Shown here: in pieces, positions 25,358 through 33,847 of the stretch
Layout of the letters: each line of letters opens with the position of its first letter
Numbering within the stretch: the first letter of the stretch is position 1
IMG/VR virus record: IMGVR_UViG_3300036770_002345
Coordinates: 1-52,517 of that record
Direction: 5' to 3' (one strand)
Origin: a virus
Taxonomy: Duplodnaviria; Caudoviricetes
DNA: 52,517 nucleotides
Made by a program: the position numbers and the translations under genes
The notes under the pieces: model-generated
Told to the model about the DNA's origin: nothing
The model's input: the letters and a program-made list of their open reading frames with translations, nothing else
The model's database searches: none

Positions 25358-26242
25358 ATGAAACTCACCAATAAATATGGATTGCCTGACACCGTTGTTC
25401 GTGCGTTAACCCGTAGCGAATACAGTAAAGGCGAGAGCAATCGATCCATTACCCAACTCATCGATTCCCCCCGTGTTCGTATTCTCAGGCAAGAGAATTG
25501 GAACAACATGGAAGAGGATGTCAGTGAAAAGATGTGGGCGGTACTAGGCTCTGCCGCACATCGAATGTTTGAGGAAACCGGTGATGATAAGCACATTACC
25601 GAGGAGAGATTGTTCTGCGAGATCGAAGGTTGGGTGATCAGTGGGGCCATCGATGTTCAAAGAATTGATGAGGATGGCATCACCATCATGGACTACAAGA
25701 CCACCAGTGTGTGGTCTGTGATCCTCGGCAAAGAGTCTTGGGAAACCCAGTTGAATTGCTATGCGTCCCTCGTTCGCCGTGCCAAGAACCAGAGAGTCAA
25801 AGCTCTCAAGGTGGTGGCTATCTTGCGCGACTGGAACCGACGCGATGCTGAAGAAAAGCAGGACTACCCGAAGGCTCCCATTGTCGAGATCGATATCCCG
25901 ATGTGGCTCGAAGACAAACAGGATCAGTACCTCGAAGACCGTGTCAAGTTACACCAAGAGGCTGAGTTCCAACGGCTCATGGGTGAAGAACTTCCTGAGT
26001 GTTCTAAAGAAGAACGATGGGAGAAGCCTTCCGTGTGGGCGGTTAAGAAGACGGGCAACAAGCGGGCTATAAAACTTTATAGCCATGAGCAGGAAGCCAA
26101 AGATGCTTTGTTGACCGGTCAAGAAATTGAGTTCCGTCGTGGGGAACCTACCCGTTGTTCAGCCAACTGGTGTCGTGTAAACGCATGGTGTTCCCAGTAT
26201 AAAAAATATCTGGATGAAACATCAGAGAACGACTTGACCTGA
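25358..26242 (+). CDS. PD-(D/E)xK (RecB/Cas4-like) exonuclease
   Basis: S.TQL...G.A.H...E...SG.ID.......DYKT...QLN.Y; C-terminal RC...C....C.Q. Confidence 0.85.
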   Translation: MKLTNKYGLPDTVVRALTRSEYSKGESNRSITQLIDSPRVRILRQENWNNMEEDVSEKMWAVLGSAAHRMFEETGDDKHITEERLFCEIEGWVISGAIDVQRIDEDGITIMDYKTTSVWSVILGKESWETQLNCYASLVRRAKNQRVKALKVVAILRDWNRRDAEEKQDYPKAPIVEIDIPMWLEDKQDQYLEDRVKLHQEAEFQRLMGEELPECSKEERWEKPSVWAVKKTGNKRAIKLYSHEQEAKDALLTGQEIEFRRGEPTRCSANWCRVNAWCSQYKKYLDETSENDLT

Positions 26243-26285
26243 ACTCTATAACTTGTAGACTCGTAACAAACAAACAGGAGATGTT

Positions 26286-26990
26286 ATGACTGAAGTAGTA
26301 AGTCCGTCGTATGCGGAGATCTGGGCGACTCTGTCTAAGATCGATGTCTCAAAACATGTTGAGAAAAAGAATGGCTTGACGTACCTGTCATGGGCGTATG
26401 CATGGGGCATTCTCATGCAGCACTACCCGCAGGCAGAGTATTCGTTTGCTCACCATGAAGTGCATCAGGATGGAACCGTGACCGTCCATTGCGATGTGGT
26501 CATTGGTCAGTGTCACCGGAGCATGTGGTTGCCGGTGATGGACTACAAGAACAATGCCATCAAGAACCCGGACGCTAGAAAAATTTCCGACACGAAGATG
26601 CGCTGCCTAGTGAAGTGCATCAGCATGCTCGGATTGGGATGGGCAATCTATGCGGGTGAAGATATTGCGGGGGTGACGGAACCTGATTCCGTTCCCGCTC
26701 TTACCGATGAGGAAATCAAAGCCTCGAAGGAACCGCCGCCTAAGAAGAAGGTTCCCACCAAACAGGGGGCCAATGACATCCCCTCGGAGGAAGGGGCCGC
26801 AGAGATTGTCGGGAAACTCATGGAGTTTGCGAACAAGTTCTGCACTGACGAGCCGGGACTGGTGTCGTTCTGGAAAGAGAACAAACAGATCATCGATATT
26901 TTGGATAGCAATTATCCGAAGCAATACGAATCCTTGAAGAAGGGGTTCACCGAACTGAAAGCCAAACTTGGAGGCAATGCAAATGGCTGA
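26286..26990 (+). CDS. Sak/Rad52-like single-strand annealing protein (DUF1071)
   Basis: EKKN.LTYLSWA.AW...LPVMD..N..I...R.LVK.....GLG..IYAGED. Confidence 0.85.
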   Translation: MTEVVSPSYAEIWATLSKIDVSKHVEKKNGLTYLSWAYAWGILMQHYPQAEYSFAHHEVHQDGTVTVHCDVVIGQCHRSMWLPVMDYKNNAIKNPDARKISDTKMRCLVKCISMLGLGWAIYAGEDIAGVTEPDSVPALTDEEIKASKEPPPKKKVPTKQGANDIPSEEGAAEIVGKLMEFANKFCTDEPGLVSFWKENKQIIDILDSNYPKQYESLKKGFTELKAKLGGNANG

Positions 26991-27261
26991 TTATCAAAAC
27001 CGCGACATCACTCAGGGTGCGCTATTCGTTAACAACCGAAAGAACTCTCAGAACCAACCCGATTTTCGGGGGGAACTCACTCTGAGTAAGGCGCTACTCA
27101 AGGAGTTGGTAGAGAAAGTGAAGGCCGGTGAAGAGGCGAAGATGTCTCTCTCGGTCTGGAAAAAGAAGTCCAAGGCCGGTAACGAATTCATGTCCGTCGC
27201 AGGACAGATCTATACCGATTACAAGAAGGCCAAGACCGAAGATATCGAAGTCCCGTTCTAA
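26983..27261 (+). CDS. putative single-stranded DNA-binding protein
   Basis: G.LF.N..K....PDFRG...S.W.K....G..F.S; acidic tail EDIEVPF. Confidence 0.7.
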   Translation: MADYQNRDITQGALFVNNRKNSQNQPDFRGELTLSKALLKELVEKVKAGEEAKMSLSVWKKKSKAGNEFMSVAGQIYTDYKKAKTEDIEVPF

Positions 27262-27272
27262 CAGGAGCCGTT

Positions 27273-27512
27273 ATGAAAAAGGTAAACAAGTCGCAGAAGA
27301 TTCGAGAGTTACTTGATCAAGGTCTCTCGAATGCAGAGATCGTCAAGAAGCTGAAGGTCTCACAGCAGTTGGTCTACATCGTGAGCCGAACCCACCGGGG
27401 TAAGCACAATGTAGCCAAGCCGGTTAAACAACTTCCGAAGGTCAAGCGGTCGCGGGTCTCAGACCTGATCGCCTCCTTGAAGACGATCATCAAGGCTCTG
27501 GAGAAAGCGTGA
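27273..27512 (+). CDS. HTH DNA-binding protein
   Basis: KSQKIRELL..G.S..EI...L.VS.Q.VY. Confidence 0.7.
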   Translation: MKKVNKSQKIRELLDQGLSNAEIVKKLKVSQQLVYIVSRTHRGKHNVAKPVKQLPKVKRSRVSDLIASLKTIIKALEKA

Positions 27513-27643
27513 TGATCCGGTGGTTGCGGGAACTGGTTGAGAAATACATCCAGTTCCGTGACTGGAAGTGGCGACATGTCCCTCCCCCGAACTGGCGATC
27601 CAGTCGGGGTGGGGGCGGGTCAACCGACAGGGACTACTGGTGA
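27512..27643 (+). CDS. 43-aa hypothetical protein
   Basis: overlaps the upstream stop; its TGA overlaps the next GTG start. Confidence 0.45.
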   Translation: MIRWLRELVEKYIQFRDWKWRHVPPPNWRSSRGGGGSTDRDYW

Positions 27644-29469
27644 AAGACGAACTACTCAAACGCATACAGGTCGGGGTCAACCTCGCGAACGAAGATCAGT
27701 TCGAGGAAGCCATCAAGGAATTCGATGGCATCGCCGAACTCTACCATGCCATGGTTCAAGTCCTCATCCAGAGGGGTCGCGCCCACTGGGAAATGAAACG
27801 GTGGGAGATCGCCGAAGAGGACTTCATCAAGGCCCGTGCGATGGCTCCCGATAATGTGGACATCCCATGGACGATGGCATTGATGAACCTTCAACAGCGA
27901 AAGTTCTCAGAAGGATGGAAGACCTTCGACTATCGATGGCAATCGAAGAAGTTCGATAGCCCTCGTCTCAAGACTTCCAAACCCCAATGGGAACCTGACA
28001 AAGACTACAAGGATCTTCTGGTGTGGTCGGAGCAGGGGATAGGCGATCAGATCCTCTACTGTTCCCTGCTTCGGCATCTCAAGACTCTCGTCCCGGAACT
28101 CACTGTTCTGATGGACGCTCGCCTGATCCCGTTGTTTAAACGATCATTCACGGACATCGAGTTCATTCCCCAAAATGCTCGGGTCTGGGACATCGATTCT
28201 CAGATTCCTATGGGGAACATCGCCAAGGAACTGATCAAGGAGATGGACGATATCCCAAGGTTCCGGTCAGACCCCTATCTGATACCCGATTACAGCCGCG
28301 CTAGTGCCATTAGAGCGGACTTCCACCTCAAGCCGGGGGAGAAGATGGTCGGTCTCTCATGGGCCTCAGGAGCGCCGAGAATCGGCAACCATAAGTCGGC
28401 GTCGTTGGTCTCCATGCTGCCGATCCTGAATACCCCGAACACCCGCTTTGTGTCTCTCCAGTATGGCGATCATTACGCTGACATGTTTGAACTGGAAAAG
28501 ACCCATGGCATCCAGATCGAACAGGTTCTGGATATCGATAACACCCAAGACTTGGACGGTCTTGCTGCCCTCATCACCGCCTGTGATGCAGTGGTGACGG
28601 TCAGTAATGCGACAGGCCATATCGCAGGAGCGGTCGGAGCCAAGACCTTTCTCCTCGATTCCAACAAGCTCTGGTACTGGAACAGTAAGGTCGGAAGAAC
28701 CAACCTCTGGTATCCCTCAGTCAACACCTACCCTAAAGCCCACGCAGTGGCTCCATGGGAGCCGCAAATTACGGAGGTGGCCCGAGACCTCAACCGATTC
28801 TTGAACGGCGGAGAGAGGCCCATATTCGTTTTCTTCCGGACAGGAACCGAGGAACAACTCTGGTATTCCCGTAAGTTTGTAACGTCTTTGCTGGAAACCA
28901 ATCCCGATGCTCGGATCATCATGTGTACGGACTCCAAGACCCCCGTCATTGCAGGGACTGAGCGGTTCGAGCTTGATCTCGACTGCGAAGACTACATGGA
29001 ATACCGGCTCAAGATTTATTCAGCCCTCAGTTTAAACATCCCTGCTATGTACTTGGACGATGACATGATCGTTCGAGAGGCCATTGATCCGGTGTCCTTG
29101 TTGGGCGACAAGCAGGCTCTCTTCTGCGAGCGGTACTTCGATAAGGATCAATACTTCAACCCGAACATCAAAGGTCTTCAGTTCGAGGAGCATCGAGGCA
29201 AGACCCTATATGAGACCTTCCCCTATCTTGCCTGTGCGACAGTGACCCGAGACTTCAAGGTATGGCAGGAACTCTTAGACATCCTGCAACACATCGCACC
29301 GAAGTATCGCACTTGGTATGGCGATCAAGAGGCCATGAAGATCTGGGCAAAGATGCATCCCCATGGAACCTTGAGCGAGGAAGAGTATGCCTGTCTTCCT
29401 GAATATCTCTTTGGTCGGAACCCCAAGATCATCCATTACAAAGGTAACCGCAAGGAACAAATGCGATGA
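27640..29469 (+). CDS. TPR + GT-B (GT9-like) + GT-A glycosyltransferase fusion
   Basis: N-terminal TPRs; LVWSEQGIGD, VGLSW, FVSLQYG, D.VVTVSN..GH.AGA.G; C-terminal YLDDDM, WYGDQ, IIHYKG. Confidence 0.8.
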   Translation: MKDELLKRIQVGVNLANEDQFEEAIKEFDGIAELYHAMVQVLIQRGRAHWEMKRWEIAEEDFIKARAMAPDNVDIPWTMALMNLQQRKFSEGWKTFDYRWQSKKFDSPRLKTSKPQWEPDKDYKDLLVWSEQGIGDQILYCSLLRHLKTLVPELTVLMDARLIPLFKRSFTDIEFIPQNARVWDIDSQIPMGNIAKELIKEMDDIPRFRSDPYLIPDYSRASAIRADFHLKPGEKMVGLSWASGAPRIGNHKSASLVSMLPILNTPNTRFVSLQYGDHYADMFELEKTHGIQIEQVLDIDNTQDLDGLAALITACDAVVTVSNATGHIAGAVGAKTFLLDSNKLWYWNSKVGRTNLWYPSVNTYPKAHAVAPWEPQITEVARDLNRFLNGGERPIFVFFRTGTEEQLWYSRKFVTSLLETNPDARIIMCTDSKTPVIAGTERFELDLDCEDYMEYRLKIYSALSLNIPAMYLDDDMIVREAIDPVSLLGDKQALFCERYFDKDQYFNPNIKGLQFEEHRGKTLYETFPYLACATVTRDFKVWQELLDILQHIAPKYRTWYGDQEAMKIWAKMHPHGTLSEEEYACLPEYLFGRNPKIIHYKGNRKEQMR

Positions 29470-30095
29470 AAAAAGTTCAAGGGTGGTGGCTACCCGATAA
29501 CGAAAGTCATATCGGCGACTACTTCGAGGCGGTCAAACAACCGAACTACCAGCCTGTTCACCAGCAGACTGCGGTTAAACACTGCACCCAGTTCCGGACA
29601 GCCCTTGATATCGGAGCGCATGTCGGACTCTGGGCAAGAGGATTAACCGATAGGTTTGAGAAGGTCATCGCCTTCGAACCCTGCGATGAGTTCTCAGAGA
29701 TCCTCATCAAGAACGCTCCCAAAGTTCACACCATCCACCGCTGTGCGTTGGGAACAGAACAAGGGTTCGTGAAGATGGAGATTGCCCCAGAGAATACTGG
29801 GGCTACCCATGTGGTGCGTAACGCCACAGGTAACACCCCCATGTTTCCCCTCGATTATTTCCAGTTGACCGATGTGGACTTCATCAAGATCGATGTCGAA
29901 GGATTCGAACTCAATGTGATTAGGGGTGGCTTCGATACCTTCAAGAACAATGATCCGGTGGTGATCGTGGAACAGAAGGACAAGTATGTGGTTCCCGAAG
30001 AAGGTAAGCATGCGGCAGTGCGATTTCTCATGCGGGAATTGAACTATCGGGTGATTGGTCGTGTGGTTGATGACTGGATACTGAAGAAGTTATGA
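29466..30095 (+). CDS. FkbM-family SAM-dependent methyltransferase
   Basis: LDIGAHVG, AFEP, IKIDVEGFE. Confidence 0.9.
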   Translation: MKKVQGWWLPDNESHIGDYFEAVKQPNYQPVHQQTAVKHCTQFRTALDIGAHVGLWARGLTDRFEKVIAFEPCDEFSEILIKNAPKVHTIHRCALGTEQGFVKMEIAPENTGATHVVRNATGNTPMFPLDYFQLTDVDFIKIDVEGFELNVIRGGFDTFKNNDPVVIVEQKDKYVVPEEGKHAAVRFLMRELNYRVIGRVVDDWILKKL

Positions 30096-30310
30096 CAATA
30101 GAAATCAAAGCTCTGCCGGGAACCCGGCCAAAGATTACCCTTGAGCAGTACCGAAAGATTGTTGCACTCAAGAACTCAAAGGATGGCCCGGTTAAACAGA
30201 TGACCTATGCTTTTCTGGCTAAGCAGTTGGGGTTAAGACCTAGCTCTGTATTGAATGCTGCGAGGCGTGGCATCAAACGATACGACTATATTCTTTGGAA
30301 GGAGAAATAA
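30092..30310 (+). CDS. HTH DNA-binding protein
   Basis: TY..LAKQLGLRPSSV. Confidence 0.6.
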   Translation: MTIEIKALPGTRPKITLEQYRKIVALKNSKDGPVKQMTYAFLAKQLGLRPSSVLNAARRGIKRYDYILWKEK

Positions 30311-30315
30311 CGCCA

Positions 30316-30438
30316 ATGAATACTCAAGACCTAATGTGCAAGATGTTTTCATGGATCGTCATCTATCTTGGCATCGCCTTAGGTCTCTTCATTGCACTTG
30401 CAGCCATCATGTTATGGCGAGAATGGGTATCCCTATGA
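30316..30438 (+). CDS. 40-aa membrane protein
   Basis: GGAG RBS; hydrophobic segment WIVIYLGIALGLFIALAAIMLW. Confidence 0.55.
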   Translation: MNTQDLMCKMFSWIVIYLGIALGLFIALAAIMLWREWVSL

Positions 30439-30632
30439 ACGACAATAAACTACACCAAGAATCAGGAGTGACTTGGATTGGATTTCGTTTTTACCAAAGC
30501 GCAAACAAATTGCAGAAACAACTCGGCGACGGCTACGTTGTTGTCACGATCACGGCTGATACATTTGACGGCGAAGTGTTGGGCTGGGTCGTGATGCGAA
30601 AGGATGTTGATCCAGTGGGAGGTGAGCCATGA
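30435..30632 (+). CDS. hypothetical protein
   Basis: ATGA-coupled 65-aa ORF. Confidence 0.5.
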   Translation: MNDNKLHQESGVTWIGFRFYQSANKLQKQLGDGYVVVTITADTFDGEVLGWVVMRKDVDPVGGEP

Positions 30633-30874
30633 GCAGCAATGACGCCAAACTGGAAAGCATCTTCTTTGCTGATCCTAGCGCGTGGTCAATGCCGGTAGGA
30701 ACAACAATGGTTATCAAGCAGCCTGAGTACGATTGCCCTGTTCACGGAACCATAACCAGCACCATTGAATTTAATCGTGTTGTTGACGGCAACGTGCGGC
30801 GGTTCTGCATGGAGTGCTGCTTTGACAAGCTGGTTGAGATTGGAGTGTCTGAAGTCACGGAGAAGAAGCCATGA
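30629..30874 (+). CDS. Zn-binding hypothetical protein
   Basis: CPVHG...CMEC; GGAGG RBS. Confidence 0.6.
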   Translation: MSSNDAKLESIFFADPSAWSMPVGTTMVIKQPEYDCPVHGTITSTIEFNRVVDGNVRRFCMECCFDKLVEIGVSEVTEKKP

Positions 30875-31101
30875 TCCGCGACGACATCACCGACCTACGC
30901 AAAGCCGCCGAAGAAGCACTAGAGATTTTAGAGAAGTGGGACATGCTGCGCTTTCATGAATTTCAGGGCAATTCAGGGGCTATGGATGCGCTTGATGAAG
31001 TGGCGCAACTGACTCCAAGAGTGCTTGCCAATCTTTATAAAGCCACTCGTGAACACGATGAGTTTTTGTTAGAAATACACGAAGAATTTGGGGTGAAATG
31101 A
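30871..31101 (+). CDS. hypothetical protein (MIRDD start)
   Basis: ATGA-coupled ORF. Confidence 0.55.
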   Translation: MIRDDITDLRKAAEEALEILEKWDMLRFHEFQGNSGAMDALDEVAQLTPRVLANLYKATREHDEFLLEIHEEFGVK

Positions 31102-31102
31102 C

Positions 31103-31384
31103 ATGACCCGCGACGACGCCAGTGATGAGCATCCGTTTCTTGAGCAGCGCGAAGAATACATACCTATCTGTAGGGTGAGGGTTGCTCCAGTGGATTGTCT
31201 CGGCGGGATAACAAATTATCAGGTTGAGGTTTTGCCAAAGGGAAAGTGGGCTTGGCTGGATTGGAACTGGAAAATCGTTGGCAGATTTTCAAATGAAAAA
31301 GAAGCGCGTGAAGAAGCTAATTGGCGTCTTAGAAATAAACAGTTTTATTGCAAGACTTACGTAACAAACGAGGTGAAGTTATGA
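31103..31384 (+). CDS. hypothetical protein (MTRDD start)
   Basis: 93-aa ORF in a tightly packed operon. Confidence 0.55.
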   Translation: MTRDDASDEHPFLEQREEYIPICRVRVAPVDCLGGITNYQVEVLPKGKWAWLDWNWKIVGRFSNEKEAREEANWRLRNKQFYCKTYVTNEVKL

Positions 31385-31650
31385 CCCGCGACGACATCAT
31401 CCGATTGGCGCAAGAGGCTGGCATTACGTTTGACCCGCGATGGGGGACTTGCTCAACAGGTAACGTGCAGCTTGAACGCTTCGCCGCCCTCATTGCCGCA
31501 GCAGAGCGCGAAGCATGTGCAAAGTTGTGTGAGGAAATAAAATGCGGGATGTGGGAGGAGTCCAAAAAACACAAAGACACTCGTTTACGAGATGCTTCTG
31601 ACGGCGCGGGTGTCTGCATTTACGCCATCCGTGCGAGGGAGGAGAAATGA
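31381..31650 (+). CDS. hypothetical protein (MTRDD start)
   Basis: MTRDDIIR.A.EAG...LERFA.L.AAAEREACAK.C...AIRAR, a common phage family pattern. Confidence 0.7.
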   Translation: MTRDDIIRLAQEAGITFDPRWGTCSTGNVQLERFAALIAAAEREACAKLCEEIKCGMWEESKKHKDTRLRDASDGAGVCIYAIRAREEK

Positions 31651-32327
31651 AAGTCTTTATTGGGTGGGATAGTCGAGAAGACATTGCCTTCAAGGTGTGT
31701 CGGGAATCTATGGCTAGGCATTCCTCGTTGTGGCTTGATATCAAACCGATCAAGCAAAACGAAATGCGAGAACGCAGTTTGTATTGGCGAGACCATGATC
31801 CGCTGTCCTCCACCGAGTTCACGTTTACACGCTTCCTCGTTCCCTACCTTGCCGGATACGAAGGCTGGGCTTTGTTCTGCGATTGCGACTTCCTGTTCCG
31901 AGAAGACATAGGAACTTTGGAAGATTACATGGATGGATCTAAGGCGGTCTATGTGGTTAAACATAACTACGAACCCACCGAGAAAACTAAGATGGACGGG
32001 GCAGTACAAACCCAGTACCCGCGCAAGAATTGGTCGAGCTTTATGTTGATCAACTGTGGTCACAAACAGGTTAAAGAAAACCTGACATTAGAGACCGTCA
32101 ACAAAGCAAGTGGTCTCTATCTGCACCGATTCCAATGGCTCACCGATGATGTGATCGGGCAACTACCGGTGGCCTATAACTACCTCGAAGGATGGAACAC
32201 CAAGGACGATTGCCCGAACCCTATCGGAGTTCACTTCACCCGTGGAGGTCCTTGGTTCAGGGACTATCTGCATGTGGAGTACGGTGATGAATGGATCCAA
32301 TACGCAAAGAGGCTCAGTTATGAATGA
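31647..32327 (+). CDS. GT-A glycosyltransferase (plant CDI-like)
   Basis: VFIGWDSRE, STEFTFTRFLVP, FCDCDFL, YPRKNWSS.ML, HFT.GGPWF. Confidence 0.85.
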   Translation: MKVFIGWDSREDIAFKVCRESMARHSSLWLDIKPIKQNEMRERSLYWRDHDPLSSTEFTFTRFLVPYLAGYEGWALFCDCDFLFREDIGTLEDYMDGSKAVYVVKHNYEPTEKTKMDGAVQTQYPRKNWSSFMLINCGHKQVKENLTLETVNKASGLYLHRFQWLTDDVIGQLPVAYNYLEGWNTKDDCPNPIGVHFTRGGPWFRDYLHVEYGDEWIQYAKRLSYE

Positions 32328-32556
32328 AGAAGATGTGTCTTACTTAGATGTCCCGCAGCCTGACTCGAAAGAAAAAGTCTGGTGCAAGATCGGGGAAACC
32401 GGCAACTTAGAATTTGTGGACTGGGACATCATCAAAGGGATGGCCGAGTCCTTTGATCAAAGGCCCCCTCAGGAACGAACAGAACAAATGCTGATTGCGA
32501 AACTCATGTGGTTGACACGGGAGGAAACCCGTAAGGAGTTTGCCAATGCTCATTGA
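32320..32556 (+). CDS. hypothetical protein
   Basis: overlapping start; 78 aa. Confidence 0.55.
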   Translation: MNEEDVSYLDVPQPDSKEKVWCKIGETGNLEFVDWDIIKGMAESFDQRPPQERTEQMLIAKLMWLTREETRKEFANAH

Positions 32557-32776
32557 TAACGAAAGTCCACCGGGATCTTGGGAAAAGGAATGGGATGCCA
32601 GATCCCATACCGTCAGCGAATATCAAAAAGAGATTCGGGATCTGCGTGATCGCATCAGGATATACATGAGAGAGATTGAAAGTCTCAATCGCACCATCGA
32701 ATCCATGCGTGATGAAATTGCTTTAAACAATAAGTACTGGCAGAAGATGATGGATGAGCGGAAAAACTCAAGATGA
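32546..32776 (+). CDS. coiled-coil hypothetical protein
   Basis: AAGGAG RBS. Confidence 0.6.
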   Translation: MLIDNESPPGSWEKEWDARSHTVSEYQKEIRDLRDRIRIYMREIESLNRTIESMRDEIALNNKYWQKMMDERKNSR

Positions 32777-32970
32777 ACTGGCAACGGGAAGATATCCTTG
32801 AAGTATTATCTTGGGTCGAAGAAGCCGCCGATGATGTCAATGCCATCACTACCGAGCTTGAGTACATTGTCATCAGCGAACTGCTAAAGAGATGCGCCAA
32901 TGAAATACGATCTCTTAGAGAAGAAGTGGCTGAGTTGAAAAGTAAGAAACCTAACAGGAGAAATAAATGA
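32773..32970 (+). CDS. hypothetical protein
   Basis: ATGA-coupled; A.EI.SLR motif. Confidence 0.55.
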   Translation: MNWQREDILEVLSWVEEAADDVNAITTELEYIVISELLKRCANEIRSLREEVAELKSKKPNRRNK

Positions 32971-33155
32971 ACTTTGATAACACCCCCTCGTTTACGGAAG
33001 TGGACTATGCTTTGGAAGAGGCACAGTTCCTCACACAAAAAGATAAGATCAGCTATTCCATTGTTCAGGTCACCGCCCGAACTGGGTGTAGGTTCTATGT
33101 GGTGCCGACAGATAAGGTCATTGAGGTTTCTATTCTCGAAACCTTTAGTCCATGA
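32967..33155 (+). CDS. hypothetical protein
   Basis: AACAGGAG RBS. Confidence 0.55.
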   Translation: MNFDNTPSFTEVDYALEEAQFLTQKDKISYSIVQVTARTGCRFYVVPTDKVIEVSILETFSP

Positions 33156-33475
33156 ACCCTGAACTCGAAGCGATCATTGGCAGGATTGTCAAACAGAACC
33201 GGCGCAGTGTCGGTCAGAACGCTTTGATGTGGGCGTTGCTCAGTGATATCTCGAAACAGGTCGAATGGTTCGATCAGAAGCTATCCAAGAACGATTGGAA
33301 ATGGATCTTCACTGCCGCCCTACGCAAGCAGAGGATGGTTCCGGGAATCGATGGGGGCATGGTCTTTCTGGGGGAACCCACCTCCGGTATGTCCAAGGAA
33401 GAACTCTCGGACTTGATCGAACTCATCTACCACTTCGGAGCAGAGCGGGGTGTTGAATGGACAGAACTGGACTGA
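33152..33475 (+). CDS. ninB: NinB/YbcN-family recombination protein
   Basis: RS..QNALMWALL.DIS.QV.W...WK..F...VPGIDG..V.LG..TS.MS..E.S.LIE.I..FGA. Confidence 0.85.
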   Translation: MNPELEAIIGRIVKQNRRSVGQNALMWALLSDISKQVEWFDQKLSKNDWKWIFTAALRKQRMVPGIDGGMVFLGEPTSGMSKEELSDLIELIYHFGAERGVEWTELD

Positions 33476-33486
33476 TACCCTAAAGC

Positions 33487-33514
33487 CTGACGGCGTTCTC
33501 CTGTTTGCTGTCAG
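33487..33514 (+). ncRNA. candidate anti-Shine-Dalgarno hairpin sRNA
   Basis: stem CUGACGGC/GCUGUCAG with loop GUUCUCCUGUUU, complementary to AACAGGAG(A) RBSs of several phage genes. Confidence 0.4.
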
Positions 33515-33533
33515 TTGGTGAAACTCAAACCTT

Positions 33534-33564
33534 GAGGGGGGTCAATGTGACTCCCCTCTTTTTT
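33534..33564 (+). terminator. Rho-independent terminator of the middle operon
   Basis: GAGGGGGGUCA-AUG-UGACUCCCCUC-UUUUUU. Confidence 0.8.
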
Positions 33565-33847
33565 CATCCAACATTCGGATCGTCTCGGCCAAGAGATCCA
33601 GTTCCGATAGCTTCGCAATCTTCATCAGAGCCTTGGTTCCGTGGAACCCATGATTACCCCGATGACATTCCACACAGAGTGCAACGGTTAGGAAGTCACT
33701 GGCGCGGTCGCCGAGTCCATGCCCTGTGCGGATATGGTGGGCCTCTGTGACGTCGCTCTGAGGCTGTCCTAGAAGGCTACAGAGGACACAGGGGAGAGCT
33801 TTGACCTTACCCAAATAGTCACTGGCCTGTTTGTCCCGCGCCATCAA
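33542..33847 (-). CDS. DUF968/Ref-like Zn-binding HNH-type nuclease
   Basis: YL..V..LPC..C...EAHHIR.G.G...RASD..T..LC..CH.G..G.HG. Confidence 0.75.
   Translation of the reverse strand: MMARDKQASDYLGKVKALPCVLCSLLGQPQSDVTEAHHIRTGHGLGDRASDFLTVALCVECHRGNHGFHGTKALMKIAKLSELDLLAETIRMLDEKRGESH

Noticed and set aside
25358-26242. Cas4 as part of a CRISPR system
   Set aside because: No array or other cas genes; the annealase and SSB neighbours indicate a recombination exonuclease
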